DNA from: Barthelona sp. PCE
Lineage: Eukaryota
DNA length: 64,000 nt
NCBI GenBank assembly: GCA_040285745.1
Contig: JAUFOR010000002.1
Location: forward strand, 1,984,001 to 2,048,000
Direction: 5' to 3'
A program made the translations under genes and the position numbers. How positions within the stretch are numbered: the first letter of the stretch is position 1; each line of letters begins with the position of its first letter. Of the stretch, positions 10,370 through 21,071 are shown in pieces. Below the pieces are notes generated by a model. That model made no database searches. It had not been told where the DNA came from and saw only the letters and a list, made by a program, of their open reading frames with translations.

Positions 10370-10774
10370 TTAGAATGTATAATCGACAGCATTGGAATCA
10401 ATAGATAGAGCATATTCCTCTCCACCAAGAGAAAATATCTCTTGAATCTGTTCAAGAAGCTCTGCAGCTTGATCCTCCTTGAGGTCTTGGATCAACTCAC
10501 AGGCAGAAGCTACAGTTTGTGGCCTGAGGTTAATAATTTGAATGATTGCACGTCGTACATTTGGTTCTTCGTATGTTTCAATCATCTGACGAAGATTGAC
10601 AATGGTTTCGTGCTGTAGTCTGTGAATCATGAGATCATTCTTCCACTTGTTCAACTGTGTTAGCAAAAATTGGTCTGTTACGTTTGCAATGTGATGTTCT
10701 AGGAACACAAGTGTTTCTGAATTGGTCATAGCTCTGACATGATGTCCCCCTTCAGCCTCTAATAAATAGTTCAT
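10370..10774 (-). CDS. RNA polymerase Rpb4/RPC9 (C17) family subunit
   Basis: AMTNSETLVFL near the N-terminus and HRDC-like IQIINLRPQTVASACELI. About 134 aa from ATG 10774. Confidence 0.65.
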   Translation of the reverse strand: MNYLLEAEGGHHVRAMTNSETLVFLEHHIANVTDQFLLTQLNKWKNDLMIHRLQHETIVNLRQMIETYEEPNVRRAIIQIINLRPQTVASACELIQDLKEDQAAELLEQIQEIFSLGGEEYALSIDSNAVDYTF

Positions 10775-11774
10775 CGAAAGAAAAGGAGTAAGAAAGCGAA
10801 AAACAACATATACAAACTGTTTTATGTACAGCATCGTGCTTATGCAGCATGATATCACTAAATATGAATTTGCAATCCATAAATATGGAATATCAATACA
10901 CATTGCTGAAAAATTTTTCATCACCTTTATGCATATGGACCAATTTTTGATTGATTTTAAAGAGTTTAAATCACACTACTGGGCAATATTTAAACGTTTG
11001 GGCAGCGTATCTGAGTATAGCGTGACTTAAGAACAAGTTGAACACCAATACTGATTTTTCGAACTGGTTGTATGCGTCACGGATGAAATTGACTTGTCAA
11101 AATTCGCTGGGACCACAGATATATTCAATGTGGAGGAGAAAATCATTGATATGGTTGAGTTTCTTTCACATTGTGAAATTTCGAATTCATTTTCCAGATT
11201 TAGCTCATTTAAATCTTCAGAATAGCTTATTTTGCCAAATATTGGAACAAGCATGAGCATAAAATGGATGTTAGGGAAATTTTGATAATTTAGCAAAAAT
11301 TACCAAAAAGATCCTTTTTATTACCATGATTGATATCACTATGTGCGGCCTACGTGTATTATCCCAAATATAAATGAATGTGTAAATAGCCCATCGTAAT
11401 GTTAGAACTGTTGAAACAGTTTTTATCAGGTTGAAATTGAAATGGTTTATTGCTGCTCAAGTGATATTGGATTTGATTGAGTATATAGATTGATATTCGG
11501 TAAATTTTAGGGATAATATATGAAAAATAATGAACCTGCATTACAATTCATTTATCAGGATTGATATATCAAAACTCTTTCTCACTTATGGTATGTATGA
11601 GCCAGAATAGGTCTCTTACTTATGTTAACTGGTGAGATGTGCGCGAAATTTGAAAATATTCTGAAACTCTTTGAGCAATTTTACTTTGTGTTTCTCTTAA
11701 CAAAACCGTCTGTCTTGTGCTACAACTGGGAAAAAATAACAAAGAAAGCGTTTTTGGTTTTATAATTCTTTTTC

Positions 11775-13109
11775 ATGCAGTTTCCGCCAACACCCACAAC
11801 ATTTTCACAGCTCTTTATGACGCTAGTGTATGCAGTTATCCTTTCTCGTGGTTCAGAGTGGATTGCAGAAGGAACTGAGAGACTTTACGCAAGATTATCA
11901 TATAATTGGCTTGGAAGCGTTGTTTTGCCTCTAATGGGCGTAATTCCCGATGCAGCAATGGTTCTTTTTTCAGTTGTCGGTAAAGATCCCAGTGTTGTAT
12001 CCGAAACCATCAAAGTTGGTATCGGTACCCTAGCTGGATCAACAACCATGCTTCTGACCTTAGCATATGGCCTATCCATCTTGGCAGGTCGCTGTGATAT
12101 TGAAGGCGGTAAGCCCGTTGACAAACAATGCACTGGTTTTTCACTGAAAGAACAGGGTGTTGCTCCTAACGATACTGTTAAGAAGAGCGGTATTTGGGCC
12201 GTCGTTACAACTCTTTCATTCTTCATCATCACCATTCCCGCACTTCAAACTCACGGTAAGAATGATGAGCAACCTGCTTTTATTGCCATGATTACATGTA
12301 TCATTTTTGTTATTGCCTTTTGTATCTTCATGTTCATGGATGATTCCATTCAGAAGCAGAAGCGTGAAGAGTATCGCAAGCAGTTGCTCGGTGAAATTGC
12401 CATTAAGAAGTTTGAAAATTCCACAAATGTTGGTGTTATTAAGCGCTCACTTGATACATCCCCCTTATTAACTAACACTACAACCAGTGATGAGAAGGCT
12501 CTTGCCTTTGGTAAAATCTGGAGAAACAAGGCCAAGATTCGTCGCAGTGAACGTGACCTCGCAGCCTTAAAGCAAGAGGATGAGAGCGAGGAGGAAGATG
12601 AAGCTATTCAAGAAGGTTCATTGGGTTGGTTCTGTACCAAGGCCGCTTTCTGGATGCTCGCTGGTGTAGCTGTCGTGACTGTGTTCTCAGATCCAATGGT
12701 TGACGTTCTCACGGAATTATCGAACAACATTGGTCTATCTCCTTTCTTTGTTTCTTTTGTTGTCACACCTCTTGCTTCCAACGCCTCTGAACTAATTGCC
12801 GCAATGATCTTCTCCAAGAAAAAGACCAAATCGACCATCTCTCTTAACTTTAGCGCACTTCTAGGTGCTGCTACAATGAACAACACTGTTTGTTTAGGCA
12901 CACTTCTGTATCTCATTTACACACGTGATATTGAATGGCACTTTACATCTGAGGTCATCTCCACAACACTGGTTGTTGTTATCATGAGTATTGTCAGTAT
13001 TAAGAAGGTTATTAGGGTTTGGTGGTCAGCACTTATCTTTTTGCTGTATCCTATTGCCATGTTCCTTGTGTGGTACTTTGATTCTGTCCTTGGTATGGAG
13101 CATTGGTAG
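11775..13109 (+). CDS. Ca2+/cation antiporter, NCL (Na+/Ca2+ exchanger-like) type
   Basis: LPLMGVIPDAAMVL...VGIGTLAGST and FSDPMVD...FFVSFVVTPLASNASE alpha-repeats. About 10 hydrophobic segments around an acidic loop. Confidence 0.88.
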   Translation: MQFPPTPTTFSQLFMTLVYAVILSRGSEWIAEGTERLYARLSYNWLGSVVLPLMGVIPDAAMVLFSVVGKDPSVVSETIKVGIGTLAGSTTMLLTLAYGLSILAGRCDIEGGKPVDKQCTGFSLKEQGVAPNDTVKKSGIWAVVTTLSFFIITIPALQTHGKNDEQPAFIAMITCIIFVIAFCIFMFMDDSIQKQKREEYRKQLLGEIAIKKFENSTNVGVIKRSLDTSPLLTNTTTSDEKALAFGKIWRNKAKIRRSERDLAALKQEDESEEEDEAIQEGSLGWFCTKAAFWMLAGVAVVTVFSDPMVDVLTELSNNIGLSPFFVSFVVTPLASNASELIAAMIFSKKKTKSTISLNFSALLGAATMNNTVCLGTLLYLIYTRDIEWHFTSEVISTTLVVVIMSIVSIKKVIRVWWSALIFLLYPIAMFLVWYFDSVLGMEHW

Positions 13110-13141
13110 TCAATAAATCTCAAAATTAATGAATTGTCACA

Positions 13142-15076
13142 CTATTTTGCACGAACACGTTGATATGGCAACGACACGCTTCTTATTGCATCAAATTCAT
13201 TATCAGCAATGTATGAAAATTGATGAAAATCACAAGTGAAAAAGAAATCAACCAATCGAACAATTTCCTCTTCTTTATCATAAGATTCATCATAGAAATA
13301 CATCGCCCTATTGAAGAAACGGTTCTTCATATCAATATAATAAACATACAAACATTCATTAATAGGGTCATGGTGTATATTCTTGGAATTAATGGATTGA
13401 GTGAATGAATGTTTTTTAACAACCACGTCATCACACAGCTGATAAATTCCATCAGTCAAGACAAAATGACATGAATTAAGAAAAATTATAAAGGGTGTCG
13501 AATCATTCTCAAAGTTATAGTACTGATTTAATACATGAGCGTTGATTGAATGATTGAATTGATTAATTGCATAATCAAACGTTTTGAGTTCGCAATCTCC
13601 TTCATTATTGATTGTAATCAAAAAAAATTCCTTTCCATAGCGATCCTTCAACAATAATTCGTTTTTCATATCACTTATTACTTCAAATTCTCTATATCCC
13701 TTTTCAAATAGAATTACATCTGTCACATTTTTTGTTTCAAATGAATAAAAAGATATCTCTATTTTGTTCTTTATGTGATAAAAAAATCCTTCTTCTCTTA
13801 AACTCAAAATATTCAAGGAAAGAGGTCCACTGACTGATAACATGTGCCTTCCAGAGGTCACTAACTCTTTAGTAGAAGTAACAAAAGTTTTTGTACCAAT
13901 TTCCAGACTAAATCCATCTTGCTTCATTTTTAACATACTAAATCGTTTTCTATCATTGAAATAGAACAAAATATTTCTCGATACATCAATTATAAAAACA
14001 CAAAAAACAAAATTAAAATACATAGCGTTCCTATCACAAAAACTCATATCAATTGCCATATCATAACTTTGAAAAATTATATCATCAAACGGTAATAGTA
14101 TACTGTGCTTGATGAGGTTGCACCCTTGGTGTACATCACTTACGATAGAATAAAATGGTGCTAAGAAGGGTAGATAATCAAAATCCAAGCTAAAAGAACG
14201 TTTTACCATTGTTCTTGGTGAAGGTACTATCAAATTTGTTTCACTGATGACACCATTCAGCACACGTACTAATATACATGATACATCATTATCAACTTCA
14301 AATACGATTTCGTTGTATGAAATTTTCCAAACCTCTGTGAAACATGTCATTTTATCATACAAACGAAGTATAGGGAACTGTTCACTGAGGTTTAACGTCT
14401 CAATTTCACCGTTGCAGTCGACATAAACAATCATATACTCTGTATTTAACCCTATTAATGAACATTGTGTTGCAGTACAATTTCTAAACACAGTATTATA
14501 CTCAGCTTCAAATAAAAATTCATTGTTCATTATTGAATAAAATTCAGCATATCTGTTTTCAGCATTAAGATTGCATGAAACATAAATTTTTTCTGATAAA
14601 CAATAAAGAACTTTCTTTGAAAGAGTTGCAATAACTTCATTAGAATCATCATCGTTGATTTTAAGTAGCACATTGCCCTCATATGTAACATTAGGTAATA
14701 ATACTCTGTTAAAGTCAAAAAAAATATACTCGTAGAAAAAATTTGGTCTTGGTGGTTTATAATCACGTTGCAAAAGAAAAACGATGTTGTTTTCCCCGAT
14801 ATTCTTGAAGAAAGCCACTGACAGAACCTCAGAAGTTCGATTCACAACGCAGTAAAACAAATTTGTTGAAAAATCAACGCATGGATATATTTTGATTGTG
14901 TATGCAGGTTTTTCAAACTTTTTAAGCTCTGACGTTCCAGATACATTACTGATTAAGTCAGAATATACTGTTGATATTTCATTCCTAGTTTTTGTAACGG
15001 AAATTTGATTTTGCTGTCCAAATACCAATGTGAACGACTGCCCTATGTTGTAAATGTTGCCCTGCTGTCTTGGCAT
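13142..15076 (-). CDS. Orphan beta-rich protein of about 644 aa, paralogous to 34982..36898
   Basis: Long open frame in AT-rich DNA, F/Y/I/V-rich. Start MPRQQ at 15076 parallels MPRIQQ of the paralog. Confidence 0.7.
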   Translation of the reverse strand: MPRQQGNIYNIGQSFTLVFGQQNQISVTKTRNEISTVYSDLISNVSGTSELKKFEKPAYTIKIYPCVDFSTNLFYCVVNRTSEVLSVAFFKNIGENNIVFLLQRDYKPPRPNFFYEYIFFDFNRVLLPNVTYEGNVLLKINDDDSNEVIATLSKKVLYCLSEKIYVSCNLNAENRYAEFYSIMNNEFLFEAEYNTVFRNCTATQCSLIGLNTEYMIVYVDCNGEIETLNLSEQFPILRLYDKMTCFTEVWKISYNEIVFEVDNDVSCILVRVLNGVISETNLIVPSPRTMVKRSFSLDFDYLPFLAPFYSIVSDVHQGCNLIKHSILLPFDDIIFQSYDMAIDMSFCDRNAMYFNFVFCVFIIDVSRNILFYFNDRKRFSMLKMKQDGFSLEIGTKTFVTSTKELVTSGRHMLSVSGPLSLNILSLREEGFFYHIKNKIEISFYSFETKNVTDVILFEKGYREFEVISDMKNELLLKDRYGKEFFLITINNEGDCELKTFDYAINQFNHSINAHVLNQYYNFENDSTPFIIFLNSCHFVLTDGIYQLCDDVVVKKHSFTQSINSKNIHHDPINECLYVYYIDMKNRFFNRAMYFYDESYDKEEEIVRLVDFFFTCDFHQFSYIADNEFDAIRSVSLPYQRVRAK

Positions 15077-15269
15077 AAAAAAGAAGAGATGTGTTAGGTA
15101 TGGTTTGAGAAACAACCAATAAATTAATTCCTTCAAATTCACAAACCTTACCAAAGACGTTATTTACCAGGTAAAACTATTTCACAACACAACATTTCAA
15201 AAAATCACAAAGATCTTGCTTTAATAATCTTTCTTCTTTTCTTCAAAACATACAGGTTCTAAATATCGA

Positions 15270-16256
15270 ATGGGCAACTTCTCTTCTGTACTGCTCCGTA
15301 ATCTATCGGATGAAAATACCAATAGTGATGCCTTAAGGATATCACCAGATAACGCAACTGCTCGCACTAGTATTGGAAATAATTTTACTGTCTTAACCCT
15401 CAACATCAGATATCTTACGTCAAAAGACAGAGGATCTAGATCATGGGATGTGCGGAAAATGGCTTTACGTAGTTATGTTCGTTCTTCTCGAGCTGACTTT
15501 ATATGTTTGCAGGAGGTATGGCCAGAACAACTTCGCTTCTTGGTGCAAGACACCGAATATGCATGCATTGGTAGCCGTAGGGCTTTTAACCCTACAGATA
15601 AAGAGATGTTAGTTTTGCTTTTTAGTCGTGAAAAATTTAGATTAAATGATTATGGAATTCGTTTTTTCAGTAATAATGTTAGCACAGCCGGAACCACATG
15701 GTCAGATACACGTTGTGACTTACCGAGAATGATGATTATTGGTCATTTTTCTCCCAAAAATGATTTATCTAAAGAAATTTGTGTTGTTAACACACATTTT
15801 GATTTGTCTACGGAGGCTAGGTTGCGCATGGCCCAAGATGTTTTGGATTTCATTGGTGTAGGAGGGCATTCAATTATTGTAGGAGATTTGAATGCTGAAC
15901 CAAATTCCGAACCTATACGTCTTCTACGTTCTAATTATAGGGACTGTCTTCAGTACGTTGAGGAAGGAGACCTCACAACCTATCATGGTTTCGGAAAATC
16001 TAGCAAAACACTTGATTACATCTTCTGCACTGAGCCTCTTGAACCTATTAGTGTTAGGATCGATAATTATGAGGTGAATGGCATACATTACAGTGATCAC
16101 TATGGTATTCGTGCGACCTTTCAATTTTCTTCACTGCTTCCAAATGCTGAACGCACAGTTAAGAAGCACTCAAGAAGAATGTATCATCGGGGTTTTATGG
16201 GTATAACGAAGTGTGAAACAATTCCTACTGTCGCTTGGTTCAACGGAGAAGAGTAA
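15270..16256 (+). CDS. Endonuclease/exonuclease/phosphatase (EEP) family hydrolase
   Basis: TLNIRY, DFICLQEV, VVNTHFD, IVGDLNAEP, LDYIF and SDHY catalytic motifs. Confidence 0.9.
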   Translation: MGNFSSVLLRNLSDENTNSDALRISPDNATARTSIGNNFTVLTLNIRYLTSKDRGSRSWDVRKMALRSYVRSSRADFICLQEVWPEQLRFLVQDTEYACIGSRRAFNPTDKEMLVLLFSREKFRLNDYGIRFFSNNVSTAGTTWSDTRCDLPRMMIIGHFSPKNDLSKEICVVNTHFDLSTEARLRMAQDVLDFIGVGGHSIIVGDLNAEPNSEPIRLLRSNYRDCLQYVEEGDLTTYHGFGKSSKTLDYIFCTEPLEPISVRIDNYEVNGIHYSDHYGIRATFQFSSLLPNAERTVKKHSRRMYHRGFMGITKCETIPTVAWFNGEE

Positions 16257-16370
16257 TTGATAATGGTAATTTTTGTTGTAAATAGTTTGTTTTCTTACTT
16301 TTCCTCTATTACAATATATAATGTGTTTTAGTTATGAAATAAGGTTTATAATTGCTTTAGCTGGGGTTTA

Positions 16371-17414
16371 ATGTCATATCTTAACATACAAAATGTATTA
16401 GAACACGATTTGGGAAAAAAATTACCGTTTCTCTCTTTTGATGAGTTTCCGTGTATTTTGGGCGGAATGGACGTTGTTAATTGGGGTTTTTTCGCAGGAA
16501 ACCATCGTCTGATCATCATCTCCAAGCGTTCTGTGTACAAAATTTCTGCTACCAAAGGTATCGGTCATTTAAGGCGACGTGTCTTTTTTGACATCGCTAC
16601 TGACATTAAGCAGGCCTTCATCGGGTACGGGAAATATGTATTTTTCGTTATTAAACATAAGAAATCATCTTTGTTAATGCAATGGTCACCGAAACAAGGG
16701 AAAAGCTTCAAGCATTTTGATTTAGGACAAAGTTCCATACTCTGTTCATATGTAGATGATACCGGATCATACTTTGTAGATTCAGAAGGTTCTTTTTTTT
16801 CGATTTCAGGTGGCAGCAAAAGTCTCGCACAAAGAGTTTTTTCGAAACGTAGCGGTATAAGGAGGCTACCATACCTCAAATTTCAGGAGCATTTCAAACA
16901 AATTGTTTTATTAAGCATTGATGATAGTACTATTACTTTTTTTTCCCTGACAAATGGAAATCTTTCACTGTTTAGCACATATTCACATCCCCATCGATCC
17001 AGACCGCTGACTGCTTGTATCTTTGACAACAGCGTTTTAATTTTCAACGGAAGAAAAATCTTTGTACATAATCTTTTTTTTACAACACATCACAGTATTG
17101 ATTTAGAAATTGAAGATGAAGAGCAAAATTATTATGTTTACGTGGGCAGAGATCGACAAATCATACGGAGACAGGAAGCTTCTGCAGTAGATACGATATC
17201 ACTAAAATCAAAGTTTTATTTACCGCCAAAAAGACGTTTTCTTTTATTTTGGGATGTAAGTCGTCGGCAGTTAATTTTCTTTAGGGGGGAACAACATATA
17301 TTTGTACCTTTGGAGAGTGAATTTTCTTTTTTAACACTTTGGGATGATTATCTGTGTTTATGTGATGAAGATGGTCTTGTACACAAATGCCCACTACCAA
17401 TTTTCTGTAAATAA
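16371..17414 (+). CDS. Hypothetical protein, 347 aa, possibly beta-propeller-like
   Basis: ATG-started 347-codon ORF filling the gap between neighbours. Short hydrophobic strands; no recognised motif. Confidence 0.6.
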   Translation: MSYLNIQNVLEHDLGKKLPFLSFDEFPCILGGMDVVNWGFFAGNHRLIIISKRSVYKISATKGIGHLRRRVFFDIATDIKQAFIGYGKYVFFVIKHKKSSLLMQWSPKQGKSFKHFDLGQSSILCSYVDDTGSYFVDSEGSFFSISGGSKSLAQRVFSKRSGIRRLPYLKFQEHFKQIVLLSIDDSTITFFSLTNGNLSLFSTYSHPHRSRPLTACIFDNSVLIFNGRKIFVHNLFFTTHHSIDLEIEDEEQNYYVYVGRDRQIIRRQEASAVDTISLKSKFYLPPKRRFLLFWDVSRRQLIFFRGEQHIFVPLESEFSFLTLWDDYLCLCDEDGLVHKCPLPIFCK

Positions 17415-17439
17415 TATTCTTTTTTACTTTAATTCTGAA

Positions 17440-18036
17440 CTAAACATAAATACCTTCTACTGGTGAAAGATATCCAAAAATAACGAGGATCGCATCAATG
17501 ATACTTCCTACACCCAGGAAACCCAAAGTAACAAGCTTAACAATACCAGTAAAAATCATTGAGAGACCGAATCTGTCGAATCCAAAACCACCACCTAAAA
17601 CGCTCAAGAAAGCCATTGAGATGTGACTCACATGCTGGTTGTAAATGCACTGATGCTTTTCTGTCCAAGAATACGGTTCAATTGCCACATCTGGTGCTAC
17701 ACAGACTACACCAGTTTTTGCTGTACATGAGACAACAACTTCGTTGATACGATCAACAGAACATGTCTTGTCATTGGCTGTGGAGCACACTTTATCTTCA
17801 GTTGGGAGTAAATAGCATGGTTTGCAAACAAAATCAGTTGTCCATGAACGGTCTCCTGTACAATCAAAACTAAGATCAACGGAGCAGTGCGCTACGGTTG
17901 TATTGCCCAGCTGACAATTTGAGAGCGCTGCACCCCCTTCAAGAGTACATTCTATGTGTGATGATTCTCTACATGATTCAGCATTAACAGAGATGAAAAT
18001 CAGACAAACAAGCAGTAAAAATCCCTTGGCAAACAT
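17440..18036 (-). CDS. TM2 domain protein with signal peptide and Cys-rich ectodomain (TM2D3-like)
   Basis: AFLSVLGGGFGFDRFGL...GIVKLVTLGFLGVGSIIDAIL TM2 signature. Signal peptide MFAKGFLLLVCLIFISVNA. Confidence 0.85.
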   Translation of the reverse strand: MFAKGFLLLVCLIFISVNAESCRESSHIECTLEGGAALSNCQLGNTTVAHCSVDLSFDCTGDRSWTTDFVCKPCYLLPTEDKVCSTANDKTCSVDRINEVVVSCTAKTGVVCVAPDVAIEPYSWTEKHQCIYNQHVSHISMAFLSVLGGGFGFDRFGLSMIFTGIVKLVTLGFLGVGSIIDAILVIFGYLSPVEGIYV

Positions 18037-18470
18037 TTTGATACAAAAAATACTGAAATGGGGCAAAAAAAATGAAAACATTTTCCACATTTCGAATTTT
18101 GGTTAGTTCATGTTTACTTTGAGATCAATAACATACTATTAACATCGTAATGAATAGCATTTTATTGGTTAGCTGGTTATAAAAGTGCCGGTTTCTTGAG
18201 TGAGCAGTTTTTTTTCATATTACAGTAGTACAACACAGCTAAATATGTCTCAAACACGTTTTAATTATCCTGACTATGTAACAATATGAGTTTTATGTGC
18301 ATATTCTCACACTTTTTCATTCAATTGATTTAATGAACTCCTTCAGGTATAATTCTACTTGTAAGGGCTTAAAAAGATAGCGAGTGTGTGTCATCATGGT
18401 AAAATTAATAAACTATGGAATAAACAGTTTTTTTCAACTGTTTTGATTTTCTTTACCATTTCATTCAACA

Positions 18471-19133
18471 ATGCCACGCAAAGTCAAAGCGATCCCCGTC
18501 AGAATCCCCGGGACCAATGTTTACCAAAGGCTATTCATCAAAGAACACAAGGGAGAAGATTCCGACATCACACCAGAGGAGAAGACTCTCTTCATCACAA
18601 ACCTGGGCAACCTGACACACGAATGCGTGACCGCAGCATTCAATACAGACGATAACTTAACATCAACACATGCCGACCAAACCAAAAATGGTTTGTCGTA
18701 CATTTACCTTGGTTTTGACCGTAGAAAGGCGCTAAGGAAAAGCTTTAAGATGACCTCAATTGAAGCAGAAGATGAAACAGTGCACGGATTAGATAAAGTT
18801 CTAAAAACTTATAAAGCTAGACTTCCTGATGCTGATTATGCTAAAGAATGTGTTAGTAAGTACATCACAGCATTTGATCAGCAGCAAAGAGAACTGAAAA
18901 ACCAGGGTAACATTGTTGTTGATAAAGATGGATGGTGGAAAGTTGTTAAGTTAAACAAAAGAACCGAACGTCGTTTTGCACAAATTAAAAATTCTAAAAA
19001 GAAGACAATAGATAATTTTTACACTTTCCAACAAAAGGAGAAGAAGCGTCAAGAATTAGTAGATATTAAAACAAAATATGAAGAACAAAAACAGCTTATT
19101 CATAAATTTCAACAAGAAAAAAGAAATCAATAA
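18471..19133 (+). CDS. RRP7: rRNA processing protein Rrp7
   Basis: TLFITNL N-terminal RRM-like segment, VDKDGWWKV and DNFYTFQQKEKKRQELVDIKTKYEEQK. Confidence 0.85.
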   Translation: MPRKVKAIPVRIPGTNVYQRLFIKEHKGEDSDITPEEKTLFITNLGNLTHECVTAAFNTDDNLTSTHADQTKNGLSYIYLGFDRRKALRKSFKMTSIEAEDETVHGLDKVLKTYKARLPDADYAKECVSKYITAFDQQQRELKNQGNIVVDKDGWWKVVKLNKRTERRFAQIKNSKKKTIDNFYTFQQKEKKRQELVDIKTKYEEQKQLIHKFQQEKRNQ

Positions 19134-19144
19134 TCAAAAATCAA

Positions 19145-19660
19145 TCATCCAATCATCCCCATTGATTGTTTAATATCTTGTTGTACTTCATCATAAGATT
19201 TAATTCTTTTATGTTCTGGAACATTTCTAATTGATTGTTCTGCCAATAAATCAGCTAAAGGAAACAATATAAGGAATTCTACTACAAATAATCCAACTAT
19301 AAAAATCGCATTCCATACATTATCACTATAATTTAAATAAATATCATGAGTACCCTTTCCTTCTTTAATAAGATCCCATGAGGCCTTGGCTAGGCCGTAT
19401 GCTTGGCACAGCTGGAGTGATAGAACTAATCCTGCTGCACCAGTGCTTAAGAAACCAAAATGTCTGAAAAAATTTGACTGTAATAAAGATAATAATGATA
19501 TGGGAATGATTACAGCATGTATGTAGTACCCGGTTTCTTCTGGAAAATCCTCAACACTGAAAAAATAACACAATAAAAAGAAAACTAACATTGCAAAGTT
19601 TGCTATTAGAATCAGATTCCTGTACCCCACGGTCGTCCGGTTTGGTAAGAAATAGTTCAT
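19145..19660 (-). CDS. Small membrane protein, about 4 TM helices, unknown function
   Basis: Four hydrophobic segments and a charged C-terminal tail. ATG at 19660. Confidence 0.6.
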   Translation of the reverse strand: MNYFLPNRTTVGYRNLILIANFAMLVFFLLCYFFSVEDFPEETGYYIHAVIIPISLLSLLQSNFFRHFGFLSTGAAGLVLSLQLCQAYGLAKASWDLIKEGKGTHDIYLNYSDNVWNAIFIVGLFVVEFLILFPLADLLAEQSIRNVPEHKRIKSYDEVQQDIKQSMGMIG

Positions 19661-19743
19661 ATATTTATAAATGAAAACCAAAGAGAAAGGAAATATTTGC
19701 AAAAACGGTTTTGTTATTCTATTGTTAACCTATTTCAATATAA

Positions 19744-20529
19744 ATGAGCGATTCAGAGAGTGACCATTCCTCTGATTTTGAGGGCAAGCAGTTTCATAGA
19801 ACTCTAAATGATACGAACACAAAGTTTACACTGCGAAAACTTGAGCAACGCATTGAAAAGCAAGAAAAAGAGGGTGGAAGAACTCTCGAAGATACCCCAG
19901 AGAAGATAATCAGAACTCGGAAGCCAAAGAATAGTGCATCCAAATTTTCTGATTCAGGCATCATCTATATTGATAGACTTGCTCCCCATTTACATCCTGC
20001 AAGTGTCCGACACTTGTTTGAGCACCATGGTACAGTGAAGAATTTGTATTTAAGATCAAAGAAGTCACTAAAAGGATCTAGAAAAAAAACTAGTGGAAAA
20101 TTCGTTGATGGGTGGGTTGAAATAGATGGCAAGGCAGAATGCGAGCGGATATATCATCTGCTCAATAACAAACAGATCAAACGTGGAAATCGTATTAAAA
20201 GCAAAGCTGATACCTCAGTGTGGCATCTTAAAATTCTAAAAAATGTAAGTTGGAAAGATTTACAAGAAACTATTGCACATGAATACAGGCAAAAGGTAGA
20301 ACGCAAACGCCTTGCACTGAACGAAGCTGTTGATGAACACAGTCATCTTTTAAAACTATTCACTTCGCATAAAAGACGAGGATTAATCAAAGAAAATAAT
20401 GAAGAAGGTAGTGAAAAAGGTAGTGAAGGTGAAGAAACTACAGAGTTCCAGGTTGAACAACTTCCTTTTAAAATACAAAAAACCAGTAATGAACCATTAC
20501 CACAAAGTTTTATCAATAAATTATTTTAA
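19744..20529 (+). CDS. ESF2: Pre-rRNA processing protein ESF2/ABT1 (RRM)
   Basis: SGIIYIDRLAPHLHPASVRHLF, FVDGWVE and VWHLKILKNVSWKDL. Confidence 0.88.
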   Translation: MSDSESDHSSDFEGKQFHRTLNDTNTKFTLRKLEQRIEKQEKEGGRTLEDTPEKIIRTRKPKNSASKFSDSGIIYIDRLAPHLHPASVRHLFEHHGTVKNLYLRSKKSLKGSRKKTSGKFVDGWVEIDGKAECERIYHLLNNKQIKRGNRIKSKADTSVWHLKILKNVSWKDLQETIAHEYRQKVERKRLALNEAVDEHSHLLKLFTSHKRRGLIKENNEEGSEKGSEGEETTEFQVEQLPFKIQKTSNEPLPQSFINKLF

Positions 20530-20530
20530 A

Positions 20531-21001
20531 TCATCTTGTTTTACGCATAGCAATAATAAAATCATCCACACTTATAAAGCGTCCATCATTTGATCGGTCA
20601 CATTCAAATAAAACCTCTTCTAAAGCTTCGCTCTCAAATTTTTCATTAATTGAATTTCCAACAGCTTTTAGATCATCTAATGTGATATAACCGTCCTTGT
20701 CCATATCTAACAAGTGAAATCCCCTTTGAATAGACTTTGTGCTATCCCTAATCTGTTGTGCTTGAGCTAGAAAGATTTCGCTAAACTCTTCCAATGTGGC
20801 GCTACCTGTTCCGCTTAAATCTACAGTGCCGATTAACTCCTGTGCGTCCTCGATCGTGTAAGAGCTGTTAATGTTCTTCATTATAAGATGAAGTTCGTTG
20901 GCAGAGATTTCTCCATTTCCGTTGAGATCAAACAGTTCAAACGCCTCCCTGGCCTGAAGAGTCAATTCCTCTACAATCTCTTTATGATGCTCTGCTGACA
21001 T
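20531..21001 (-). CDS. Centrin-like four-EF-hand protein
   Basis: EAFELFDLNGNGEISANEL, DLSGTGSATLEEF and DMDKDGYITLDDL, with a degenerate EF4. Centrin-like end IAMRKT. Confidence 0.85.
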   Translation of the reverse strand: MSAEHHKEIVEELTLQAREAFELFDLNGNGEISANELHLIMKNINSSYTIEDAQELIGTVDLSGTGSATLEEFSEIFLAQAQQIRDSTKSIQRGFHLLDMDKDGYITLDDLKAVGNSINEKFESEALEEVLFECDRSNDGRFISVDDFIIAMRKTR

Positions 21002-21071
21002 AACCCTGATAAAAAGGATGTTTAACTTAAAACGGGATTTAAGTAAGTTACTTTTGAAATTGCAATCACAG

